A stretch of 64,000 nucleotides of DNA from Hadesarchaea archaeon (lineage in GTDB: Archaea; Hadarchaeota; Hadarchaeia; Hadarchaeales; Hadarchaeaceae). Positions 21,098-29,951 of the stretch are shown piece by piece. The notes under the pieces were generated by a model. The model worked only from the letters and a program-made list of their open reading frames with translations. It was not told where the DNA came from and did no database searches. The position numbers were made by a program, and so were the translations under genes. Each line of letters starts with the position of its first letter. Within the stretch, counting starts at the first letter, position 1. Location of the stretch: positions 64,001-128,000 of the forward strand of contig JAPDJH010000002.1 in assembly GCA_029259175.1 (NCBI GenBank). Reading direction: 5' to 3'.

Positions 21098-22400
21098 CAG
21101 CTCCCTCCTGCAGTCTTATCCGAACGCTTAGCGCGTGCCCCGGTAATCCCTCCACGTTTGCTAACTGTTCTACCACCTCGGCGATACTCTCCAGCCCTTC
21201 TTTTGTGAGTTCTTGAACCGTTGGCAGTTTGAGGAAATGGAGGACCGAGAGACCCGACTGTCGTTTCGCAATACCCCCCGTCGGCAAAATGTGGTTTACA
21301 CCAACTCCCAAATCGCCCGCAGCAACTGGTGTGTAGTGGCCCACAAAAATTGACCCAGCGTTTTTTATCAGTCTCAGAAGCTTTCGCGGACGCTTGACCA
21401 TTAGCTGGAGATGCTCGGGAGCATAAGCATTTGCTAGTTCAACGGCTTCATCGAGGGTCTTCACGATTATTATTCGGCCGTATCTGGCTAGAGCTCTCAC
21501 TGAGATATTCCATCTAGCGCTACTCTTCACGATCTTTCTAGCTTCCTCCCTCACTCGCTTTGCCAGCGGTTCTGATGTGGTCACAAGAACGGCCGCCGCT
21601 TCTGGATCGTGTTCCGCTTGTGCGACCAAATCAGCAGCCGCAAACTTTGGATTCGCCGTTTCGTCAGCGATTATGAGCACCTCGCTTGGTCCAGCTGCGA
21701 AGTCCACCTCCACATCAGGCGCAACGATTTGTTTTGCAGCAACCACGTAGACATTTCCGGGTCCCACGATTTTGTCAACTTTTGGAATGGTTTCGGTGCC
21801 ATAGGCCATCGCAGCCACGGCCTGAGCTCCCCCTGCCTTGAAAACTTGCGTGACGCCCGCTAGCCGCGCGGCAACCAGAACGGCTGGAGAGATCTTTCCG
21901 TCTTGATTCGGAGGAGTGCACATGATTATTTGTTTAACCCCCGCAATCCGGGCAGGGATGGCTGCCATCAGCACGGTGGATGGATATTTTGCCAGACCTC
22001 CCGGGACATAAATCCCCACACTTTCCAGCGGGCGCACCAGCTGTCCAGCACGAACACCTTTTTCTATTAGCGTCCACCACTCGCGGGGCAACTGTTTTCT
22101 ATGAAATCTCTCAATAGCTTTCGCCAGTTTTTCCAGACTCCGGCGTATCTCTGGTTTTAACTGCTGAAACGCCAGCTCGAACTCCTCCTCTGTTACTGCA
22201 AGCTGGGCGGGATCCAATTTTACCTTGTCGAATCTCTCGGTGTAGTGCAGGAGCGCAGCATCTCCTTCTCTGCGCACATCCGCCACTATTTTGGTCGTTC
22301 GAAGCAAAACGGACTCAACGTCTACTACTGATCGCTTCAGTATCTCTTCTTTTTCTTTTGGAGTGCATTCCCACCACTTTATGATTTTCAGCGGCTCCAT
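21087..22400 (-). CDS. hisD: histidinol dehydrogenase
   Basis: YVPGG, GGAQA, GPGN, AGPSE, QAEHD, APEHL and NHILPT motifs. Confidence 0.98.
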   Translation of the reverse strand: MEPLKIIKWWECTPKEKEEILKRSVVDVESVLLRTTKIVADVRREGDAALLHYTERFDKVKLDPAQLAVTEEEFELAFQQLKPEIRRSLEKLAKAIERFHRKQLPREWWTLIEKGVRAGQLVRPLESVGIYVPGGLAKYPSTVLMAAIPARIAGVKQIIMCTPPNQDGKISPAVLVAARLAGVTQVFKAGGAQAVAAMAYGTETIPKVDKIVGPGNVYVVAAKQIVAPDVEVDFAAGPSEVLIIADETANPKFAAADLVAQAEHDPEAAAVLVTTSEPLAKRVREEARKIVKSSARWNISVRALARYGRIIIVKTLDEAVELANAYAPEHLQLMVKRPRKLLRLIKNAGSIFVGHYTPVAAGDLGVGVNHILPTGGIAKRQSGLSVLHFLKLPTVQELTKEGLESIAEVVEQLANVEGLPGHALSVRIRLQEGADGD

Positions 22401-22972
22401 CAGAGAACCCCTTTGGTGCTGGCGATCTTTCGCCTAGAAGTTTTTCCAGTGGCTCTGCGCAATGCGATTCCAAGAGCTTTGAAGACAGCCTCTGCTTTGT
22501 GGTGGTCGTTAAATCCCCGCATGATCTCTACGTGCAGATTGAACCTCCCAACCGTCGCGAAAGTCTGGAGCAGGTGTGTGAAGAGATCGCTGCTCAGATC
22601 GTCTAGTTGCTTCTTCCTGAACTTGCACCTGATGTCGGGATACGCTCGCCCGCTGAGATCCACAGCTACCAACACCAAAGCGTCGTCCATGGGTATGATG
22701 GCTTCTCCCATTCGCTCGATCCCTTTTTTGTCCTTTAGGGCTTTGGTTAAAGCCTCACCAAGCGTGATCATGACATCTTCTGCGATGTGGTGTGGCAGGT
22801 CTCCACTCGCTTTTACACTTAGATCGAAGCATCCGTGTTTTGCAAAAGCAGCTAGGAGGTGATTAAAGAATCGGATGGGAGTTTGAATTTTTGATTCGCC
22901 ACTTCCATCCAAGTTGAGTTTTACCTCGACTTCAGTTTCCTTGGTTTTTCTCCTCACTGTTGCCCTTCTCAT
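22400..22972 (-). CDS. hisB: imidazoleglycerol-phosphate dehydratase
   Basis: R.TKET, HH.AED, PMDD, NDHHKAE and STKG motifs. Confidence 0.97.
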   Translation of the reverse strand: MRRATVRRKTKETEVEVKLNLDGSGESKIQTPIRFFNHLLAAFAKHGCFDLSVKASGDLPHHIAEDVMITLGEALTKALKDKKGIERMGEAIIPMDDALVLVAVDLSGRAYPDIRCKFRKKQLDDLSSDLFTHLLQTFATVGRFNLHVEIMRGFNDHHKAEAVFKALGIALRRATGKTSRRKIASTKGVL

Positions 22973-23682
22973 CGATGCACCACCTCGAGCGCCTGTTTAA
23001 GTGTGAACTTTTTCTCATATAACGCCATTCCTACCACTGCTCCGTACGCACCGGTTTGTTTTACTTTCAGAAGATCATCCAAGCAGCCCACACCCCCCGA
23101 TGCGATAACGGGAGAACGAACCGCTTCTACGAGCTTGCGTATGGCCGAGATGTCCGGCCCCTTCATCCGACCTTCCCTGTCCACAGCGGTAAAGAGAAAG
23201 CCCCAAACTCCGATCTTTTCAAATCTCTGAGCCATTTGCTGGGGTTCTAGTTTCGTTTTTTTCCGCCACCCGTTCACGAGCACGCGGCCTTGCCTAGAGT
23301 CGAGAGCGATAGCGACCCTGCCTTTCCCGAACAGCTTAATTAGTTTCTCCACAAATGGTGGATTTTTCACAGCAGCGGTACCAACCACGATTCTTTCAAC
23401 ATTTGATTCTATCAGTTCTCTCGCTCTTTCTTCACTTCGGATACCACCACCAACTTGAACAGGCACATGAGCCTCTTTCACTATCCGTTTTATCACTTCT
23501 AGATTGTTTCCGATACCCAGAGCAGCATCTAAATCCACTACATGCAAAAGATTTGCTCCTTCTCTTTCCCATTTCCTTACCCATTTGAGCGGATCTCCGT
23601 AGTCATTTCTTGTTCTCGGGTCTCCTCCTACAAGCTGAACGCATCGCCCGTCCATGAGGTCGATACTCGGTATAACAAGCAT
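22969..23682 (-). CDS. hisA: ProFAR isomerase
   Basis: IPSIDL..G.CVQL, HVVDLD, QVGGGIR and ASGGV motifs. Confidence 0.94.
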   Translation of the reverse strand: MLVIPSIDLMDGRCVQLVGGDPRTRNDYGDPLKWVRKWEREGANLLHVVDLDAALGIGNNLEVIKRIVKEAHVPVQVGGGIRSEERARELIESNVERIVVGTAAVKNPPFVEKLIKLFGKGRVAIALDSRQGRVLVNGWRKKTKLEPQQMAQRFEKIGVWGFLFTAVDREGRMKGPDISAIRKLVEAVRSPVIASGGVGCLDDLLKVKQTGAYGAVVGMALYEKKFTLKQALEVVHR

Positions 23683-23691
23683 GCTGGAGCC

Positions 23692-24549
23692 TCACGGAAG
23701 AACTCGCTCGATGGGTAAAACCAGAATATCTTGGGCCCCGGCCTCTTTTGCCTGTCTGATGATTTTTTCTACTTGATCGGCCCACACAACAGCCTGAATC
23801 GCCAGCATCGGTGTTTCTGATTCAACTCTGGATATGGTTGGTCCAGCCATGCCGGGGACGATCCGCTTTACCTCTTCAAGTTTTTCTTCCGGGACATTCA
23901 TCAAGATGAGTCTCATACCCCGCGCACGGATTACGCTCTCAAGTGCTGTCCTGATTTGTTCTATTTTCGCCCGCTTTTTTTGTAGACTCTTCGGATTCGC
24001 CACAAGTCTAGCCGAGGTATCGAGGATCTCATCCACGATTTTCAGTCCATGCACTCGCAGGGTAGTCCCGGTGCTGACCAGATCCACTATGACATCTGCC
24101 ACTCCGATGAGAGGAGTAATTTCGGCCGATCCTGTAATCTTGGAGATTTGAACCCGGATTCCTTTTTCCCTGAAGTATCTCTTTGTAATGTTGGGAAACT
24201 CCGTCGCTATCCGTAGTGGTTGCTTTAGTTTTTTCAGGTCTCCCTTTGCTTTGGTGGCGATCACCATTTTCGCATTTCCAAATTTCAAGTCCAGCAGCTC
24301 CACCACCCTTGCTCCGCTTTCCACGATTAGATCGTATCCGGTGATCCCCAGATCCATAGCTCCTCTGGCAACCATTTGGGGAATGTCCTGTGCACGAACA
24401 AAAACAAGTTCTACAGTTTTGTCTCTCGTCCTCGCGAATAGCTGACGTTCTCCTCTATCTATCACCCCTATGCCGGCATCCTCTAGCAACTTGATGGCTG
24501 GTTCGCACAACCGCCCTTTGTTTGGCACGGCAATCTTAATTTGCACCAT
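23692..24549 (-). CDS. hisG: ATP phosphoribosyltransferase (long form)
   Basis: PNKGRL, R..DIP, DLGITG.D, GS.E, D.V.TG.TL motifs and C-terminal PG..GPTI regulatory domain. Confidence 0.97.
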   Translation of the reverse strand: MVQIKIAVPNKGRLCEPAIKLLEDAGIGVIDRGERQLFARTRDKTVELVFVRAQDIPQMVARGAMDLGITGYDLIVESGARVVELLDLKFGNAKMVIATKAKGDLKKLKQPLRIATEFPNITKRYFREKGIRVQISKITGSAEITPLIGVADVIVDLVSTGTTLRVHGLKIVDEILDTSARLVANPKSLQKKRAKIEQIRTALESVIRARGMRLILMNVPEEKLEEVKRIVPGMAGPTISRVESETPMLAIQAVVWADQVEKIIRQAKEAGAQDILVLPIERVLP

Positions 24550-25624
24550 ATTTCCTTCCCACCTTTCTGAGAGCTCTTACGAGTTTTAGGTTTTGATTTG
24601 GTGTGCCTACTGTAATTCGGACATAGCTTTTTCCGGCCCCCTTGAAACCAGACAGATCACGCACAAAGATGTTCTCTTTGGCTAACTCGTTGCAAAGAGT
24701 GGTAGCGTCCACACCCCACGGTCTCAACCCCACCATGACGAAATTCGCTAAGGATGGAAGAACTTGAAGGCCTAGCTCACGTATTTTGGAGCACAACCAT
24801 TCTCGCTGGATTTGAATCTTTTTGACAGTTTTCTGAACGTATTCGAGATCTGTCAGAGCCGCTACTGCTGCCTTCTGAGCAAATCGGTTTATGTTGAAAG
24901 GCGCGCGTATTTGTTCGAGCACGTCGATAATCTTTCGTGGTCCAACTGCGTACCCGATGCGTAGTCCTGCTAACCCGAAAGCTTTAGAGAAAGTTTTGAG
25001 CACCACAATGTTTCGACTTTGGGCAGCCAGCTGTGCTAGCGAAAAACCAGCGAATTCTCCATACGCTTCATCTATTACCACTAGTTCCTGAATTTTCGCC
25101 AAACGCAAAATAGTTTCAACACTTGCACAGGTTCCGGTGGGGTTGTTCGGTCTGCCTATGAACGCTATTCTTGTTTTTCTGCTTTTGGCAAGAAGGATTT
25201 TTTTCTCCCACTGAAAGTTCGGAAGTTTGCAGTATGTCGGAATCCCTCCCGCAATCTTGGTGGTTATTTCATAAAGGGCAAAGGTGGGCAGCGGGATTAA
25301 TACTCGTTCGTTTTTATCTATGAATGCCTTGCAGATTAGATCGATCAGTTCGTCCGACCCGTTTCCCACACATATGTTTTCCGGCTTTACTCCCAGATAA
25401 CTCGAAATTTTGTCTTTGACCTCCCTGCAAAGCGGGTCGGGATATGTGTTGATCTTATCCAACTCTTTTTTCAAAACTCTCTTCACGAGGGGAGAAGGCC
25501 CATAAGGATTTTCGTTTGATGCCAAGTTAACGATTTTTCGGTTTTTGATGTCATACCTGCTTGCCAGCGGGTATCTTCTCCGACTTTTCAAGTACTGTGC
25601 AACACGGGGGTTCAGCAGCCTCAT
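24536..25624 (-). CDS. hisC: histidinol-phosphate aminotransferase
   Basis: LASNENP, GNGSDE, PNNPTG, DEAY and TFSKAFGLAGLRIG motifs. Confidence 0.96.
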   Translation of the reverse strand: MRLLNPRVAQYLKSRRRYPLASRYDIKNRKIVNLASNENPYGPSPLVKRVLKKELDKINTYPDPLCREVKDKISSYLGVKPENICVGNGSDELIDLICKAFIDKNERVLIPLPTFALYEITTKIAGGIPTYCKLPNFQWEKKILLAKSRKTRIAFIGRPNNPTGTCASVETILRLAKIQELVVIDEAYGEFAGFSLAQLAAQSRNIVVLKTFSKAFGLAGLRIGYAVGPRKIIDVLEQIRAPFNINRFAQKAAVAALTDLEYVQKTVKKIQIQREWLCSKIRELGLQVLPSLANFVMVGLRPWGVDATTLCNELAKENIFVRDLSGFKGAGKSYVRITVGTPNQNLKLVRALRKVGRKYGAN

Positions 25625-26589
25625 CCCATCGACCTCCGCAGTAGTTCGTCCCTATCGGCGTACTTCTTCCACACGAATTCTCGTTCGAAAGTCAGCTCGC
25701 TGGGTACGCCCTCCTTTTCGAGTATCTGATGAGCCTCTTCCAGAGTATTCGTGTTGACCAGTTTTTTTGCGATTTGGTTCACATTTTCGAACACCACTTT
25801 GGGATCCAAGTAAAAAGTCAGAGCGGCCAGGGGGGTCAGCAAGACTTTACGATAACCTCCTCGAATTTCAATTTCCCCTATTTCTCCCTTTGCCGCACGT
25901 ACCGCAAGTTTGCTGGCTTCTGTCTTTGTTTTGGGGATGAGTTCTTCCAGTACTTGCACATCTTCTTTGGTTAACCCTCTCGCTCCTAGGAATCCCCCGT
26001 ACTTCGCAGTTTTAGCCAGCTGGTTCAAAATTTGCTCGAATGTGAGTTCGCCGTCTGTTCCCGCTCCCATCACCCCGAGGACAGAGGGCACCTTTAGATA
26101 ACACATTGCTGCGAGCATCATACTATCTGCCAGCATGCTGTGGAGCCCTTCTTCCTTTCCGCTAGCCAAGATGTCTCCTCCTACATCAATTCCTACGAAG
26201 AGCCGGGTTCCAAGTTTGTCTATCGCTTCGTTTAGCCCTCGGATCACGCCTCTCACCCCTTGATTGAGATCGACGAGTACTGTTTTTTCACCGAGAAACT
26301 TGGCGACAACGGATTCGGTAAATATCACTCCTTTTTTAGTTTTTGTTTCACTTGACGCTAGCCCGACTGTTTCTGAGATGATTTCTAAGTTCTCAATCTC
26401 CGAAAACTTTCTTGGACCGGGTTCGGGGTCGTTTACATAACGCTCCCAGCTCAATCCTCCCACCATGGGCTGTGCACCCAACTTTTTGAGATAGCGAGCG
26501 GTAGGGATGGTTCCGACCACATCTCCTCCACCGCCTACTCCGATTACCATCGCTCTTTCGCCGGGTTGGATAAGATTCTCCAGCACCAT
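25621..26589 (-). CDS. DUF1152 family protein, first gene of the his operon
   Basis: GGGGDV, WER...DP.PGPR, DVGGD and DGEL motifs; 4-nt overlap with hisC. Confidence 0.8.
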   Translation of the reverse strand: MVLENLIQPGERAMVIGVGGGGDVVGTIPTARYLKKLGAQPMVGGLSWERYVNDPEPGPRKFSEIENLEIISETVGLASSETKTKKGVIFTESVVAKFLGEKTVLVDLNQGVRGVIRGLNEAIDKLGTRLFVGIDVGGDILASGKEEGLHSMLADSMMLAAMCYLKVPSVLGVMGAGTDGELTFEQILNQLAKTAKYGGFLGARGLTKEDVQVLEELIPKTKTEASKLAVRAAKGEIGEIEIRGGYRKVLLTPLAALTFYLDPKVVFENVNQIAKKLVNTNTLEEAHQILEKEGVPSELTFEREFVWKKYADRDELLRRSMG

Positions 26590-26713
26590 ATGGACCGCTT
26601 AAATTTTGGGAAATTGGTATATAAAGTTTAGCTTTTATTTATACTTTGTAAACAAAATTAACCATATTGATAAAATATTTAAATAATGTTTTCGAAAATT
26701 ATGCTGGAAGAGC
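26590..26713. promoter_or_regulatory. AT-rich divergent promoter region between the his operon and an Lrp regulator
   Basis: Several TATA-like boxes (TATATAAA, TTTATA, TTTAAATA) and short palindromes (AAATATTT, TTTTCGAAAA). Confidence 0.6.
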
Positions 26714-27187
26714 ATGAATTCGGCATCCGAAAGTGAAAAAAATTTACTCGACAGAACCAACTTGAAGCTCTTGAAACTCCTCCAATCCGATTCCCAGCTT
26801 TCATACCGACAGCTAGCACGATTTCTCAAGATAAGCCCTGCGGCAGTTCATAAGCGAATACAGAAGTTGAAGAAGAGCGGTGTGATTTCGGGCTTTACCG
26901 TTCTGATAGATCCACAAAAAATAGGGAAGAAACTTAAAGCCTTCGTGGGGATCTCGACCAGTGCTGGTTCGTGTTCTGAAGTGATTGCGGTTCTAAAAGA
27001 AAGACCAGAAATTTTGGAAATCCACGAAATAGCTGGTGAACACGATCTTTTCGCCAAGATAGTGACCTCGGACACGGACGAACTTAACCGAGTTCTTCAT
27101 GAGATCGACAGGATTCCGGGTGTGGTTTCCACGCGAACTCTTGTAGTCCTAAAAACAGAAAAGGAGACTCTGTCGGTTCCCTTATGA
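26714..27187 (+). CDS. Lrp/AsnC family transcriptional regulator
   Basis: N-terminal HTH (LD.....LL..LQ.D...SY..LA...RI.KL...GVI) and RAM domain (GE.DL). Confidence 0.95.
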   Translation: MNSASESEKNLLDRTNLKLLKLLQSDSQLSYRQLARFLKISPAAVHKRIQKLKKSGVISGFTVLIDPQKIGKKLKAFVGISTSAGSCSEVIAVLKERPEILEIHEIAGEHDLFAKIVTSDTDELNRVLHEIDRIPGVVSTRTLVVLKTEKETLSVPL

Positions 27188-27222
27188 GTGTTGCTTATAT
27201 TGTAGATGCGAGTGTTTTTGTG

Positions 27223-27962
27223 ATGGAAGAGAAGCCTCCTTCCGCCCCCAGCTCTGACATCAAGCCAGTGGCGCTTCTGTTGGTGTTGCTAGGAGTGATT
27301 GCTGCAGCAATATATTTTCTTCCATCAGAGCCATCTGAAACGCTTTCCAAGGTCAAGATTCTCGAAACATTCGATAACCAAACTATAGAAGACTTGCTTT
27401 CCTCCGGATGGGTTATATGGTATAACCCCTCCATGGTTGAACTCACTGGGCTTTCAGTAGGTTATCCTGAGGAGACTTGGACTATCACTGAGCACGGTAT
27501 ACTGTGTGCGGACAAGGGAGCCGGAGGGCTCTTCTATATGGGCCACGAAGGGTCAGATTTTCGTCTGAGTGTTTCGACCAAGTGGGAAGGAGGCCCTTGG
27601 ATCGGTCTGGCTTTCCGTTGCGAGAACGACTGAGTTTCGGGAACTGTGGGGGGGGTGCTTCGTCTGGTAGTTGGTACTCGACGGGTTATTTGGTTCAATT
27701 GGGATATCAAAACTCGGTCAGATTGTGGAAGTTGGAGAATAGGAGTCCGCAGCTTTTAGCCGAGCAATCCTCCTCAGCAGAGGTCAGGCAGTGGCATCAA
27801 GTACAGGTAGAAGTCAAAGGAGCTCCCATCGATGTGTGGGTGGACAACCAGCTGGTTCTATCCGAAGTTGACACAAATCCGATACTCGGGCCGGGACGTG
27901 TTGGACTGGTAAACTGCAGTGGATATGTGTACTTCGATAATCTATTAATTGAAACCCTCTAA
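27223..27962 (+). pseudogene. membrane-anchored concanavalin-A-like/DUF1080-type beta-sandwich protein, split by a frameshift near 27620-27633
   Basis: Frame 1 (TM helix ... DFRLSV..K....GLAFR) stops at 27633; frame 3 continues with GYLVQL, W.QVQVEVKG..IDVWVD, GRVGL and FDN, completing one domain. Confidence 0.65.
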
Positions 27963-28006
27963 AACCCCTTTTATAAATGAAGATTCCACAGTTATAGGGA
28001 GTTGGT

Positions 28007-29914
28007 GTGGAACCGTTGAGTGAAAAATCAGCAGATAGCGGCGTTGGTCAGGAGATTGTGAAAAATCTGGCACTCTTGGAAGGCGAGGATGAGTACTTAA
28101 TGGAACTGGCAACCAAACTCGCACAACCTGTTCAAGTCCAATCACAATCTTCTGAGACCACGAGCATGGATCTTTCCGATTCTCTCGTCGAGGAGCTTGC
28201 ACAAAGATTAGAAAAAATGCAACCTTCTGCTCAGCCTTCTGTTGCCCAACCAGCTCAACCTACGGTTGCTCAGCCGGTCCCGCAACCCGCCGAGCTTCCA
28301 CCAGAACCAGAGGTTGATCTCCACGTAAAGATGCACGAGATGATATCGAGCATGGACGAAACCGTCCAGGAACTTTACACTAGAATTTCTGATCTTGAAA
28401 AACTTCGAGCTCCACAGGAGTTCACAGAATACTGTGTTTTTGAGCCTCCGCCAGGGTACCAAGAACTTGAACGTTATTGGATCCACAAGCCTTTCGTGTG
28501 GGCAGCGATTTTGTATTCCCCCGAACGCAACGAGCGGATGTACTATTTGGTAGAGCCGGCCCTTACGGTTGGTGAAAAAACTGCTCTGGAAATTCTCTAT
28601 CAAAACCTTTTAGAACGGATAACCTATGATCCTCGAATTAAAGATCGTGACAGGTTGTTGGAAGCGAAGGTCAATGAGATTTTGAGAGAGTATGGGATTG
28701 TCATGACGAAGAAATCCATTCAGAAACTCCTCTATTATCTCAAAAGGAACTATATCGGCTATGGTCGAATCGATGGTCTTATCCGGGACCCAAACATTGA
28801 GGACATCTCCTGCGATGGATGGAATGTTCCAATATTCGTGTACAGCAGGAAGTACCAAAGCCTGAGAACAAACATCATTTTCACAGATCAAAATGAGCTG
28901 GATTTGTTTGTTATTAGGTTGGTGGAGCGAGCTGGCAAGCAGATCACGTTGGCCAAGCCCACCGTGGACGCAGCTCTGCCCGAGGGGTACCGTTTGCAAG
29001 CCACATTGGGGAGTGAGGTCACGACGCGAGGAAGTTCGTTCTCCATCCGAAAGTTCGCAGAAGAACCGTTCACACCAATAGATCTCTTAGCGTATGGAAC
29101 GTTTTCTTCAGAGATGCTCGCATATCTATGGTTGGCCACCGAGAACAAGAAGAACATTATGGTCATCGGCGGTACTGCGAGTGGAAAGACATCGACCTTG
29201 AACGCACTTTCCATGTTTATCTGGCCCGATGCTAAAATTGTCAGTATCGAAGACACGCGCGAATTGGCGCTGTATCAAGAAAACTGGATTCCAAGTGTTA
29301 CGCGCCCAGCCCCTGGGGATCGGGCGATAGACATGTACGACTTGCTTCGGCAGGCGCTCCGGCAGCGACCGGAGGTAATTATTGTAGGTGAGGTTCGAGG
29401 AAAAGAAGCCCTTACCCTCTTCCAAGCGATGTCTACCGGCCACACGTGTTACGGAACCATGCACGCTGGTTCGATCCAAGAGATGGTGCACCGTCTCGAG
29501 GGGGAGCCAATAAACGTTCCCCACCACATGCTTGCAGCACTGGATATTGTGTGTCTCCAGTTACTCACGTATTTCAGAGATCAACGTGTGAGGCGGAATC
29601 AGAGTGTGGTAGAAATAGTGGGAATAGATCCAGCCACTGGGGCTCTAAGAACTAACAGAGTTTTTGAGCGCAACCCGCTAACCGACGAATTTGAACGGGT
29701 GGGAGAATCGCATGTGCTCAGAGAGATCGCTAAGGAGCGAGGTTGGAGCGCACTGGAGCTGGAGCAGGAGCTCACTAGGAGACGACAAGTGTTGGAGTAT
29801 CTGCACAGAAACAATATCCGCCGATTGAATGAGGTGGCGAGCGTGTTCCGCCAATACTATTATGAGCCAGAAAAAGTCATGGAGCAAATAGCTTCTGGCA
29901 AGCTGAGGGTCTAG
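28007..29914 (+). CDS. type IV pilus / type II secretion ATPase (PilB/ArlI-like)
   Basis: IEDISCDG, Walker A GGTASGKTS, SIEDTRE, RQRPE.IIVGEVRG and TGH...TMHA motifs. Confidence 0.95.
   Translation: MEPLSEKSADSGVGQEIVKNLALLEGEDEYLMELATKLAQPVQVQSQSSETTSMDLSDSLVEELAQRLEKMQPSAQPSVAQPAQPTVAQPVPQPAELPPEPEVDLHVKMHEMISSMDETVQELYTRISDLEKLRAPQEFTEYCVFEPPPGYQELERYWIHKPFVWAAILYSPERNERMYYLVEPALTVGEKTALEILYQNLLERITYDPRIKDRDRLLEAKVNEILREYGIVMTKKSIQKLLYYLKRNYIGYGRIDGLIRDPNIEDISCDGWNVPIFVYSRKYQSLRTNIIFTDQNELDLFVIRLVERAGKQITLAKPTVDAALPEGYRLQATLGSEVTTRGSSFSIRKFAEEPFTPIDLLAYGTFSSEMLAYLWLATENKKNIMVIGGTASGKTSTLNALSMFIWPDAKIVSIEDTRELALYQENWIPSVTRPAPGDRAIDMYDLLRQALRQRPEVIIVGEVRGKEALTLFQAMSTGHTCYGTMHAGSIQEMVHRLEGEPINVPHHMLAALDIVCLQLLTYFRDQRVRRNQSVVEIVGIDPATGALRTNRVFERNPLTDEFERVGESHVLREIAKERGWSALELEQELTRRRQVLEYLHRNNIRRLNEVASVFRQYYYEPEKVMEQIASGKLRV
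28220..28290 (+). repeat. imperfect tandem repeat encoding a QP-rich linker (QPSAQPSVAQPAQPTVAQPVPQP)
   Basis: Recurrent GCTCAGCC/GCCCAACC/GCTCAACC units. Confidence 0.6.
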
Positions 29915-29951
29915 TTTTATTTATTGTGCTATGATAAGATAGTTCGAGATA

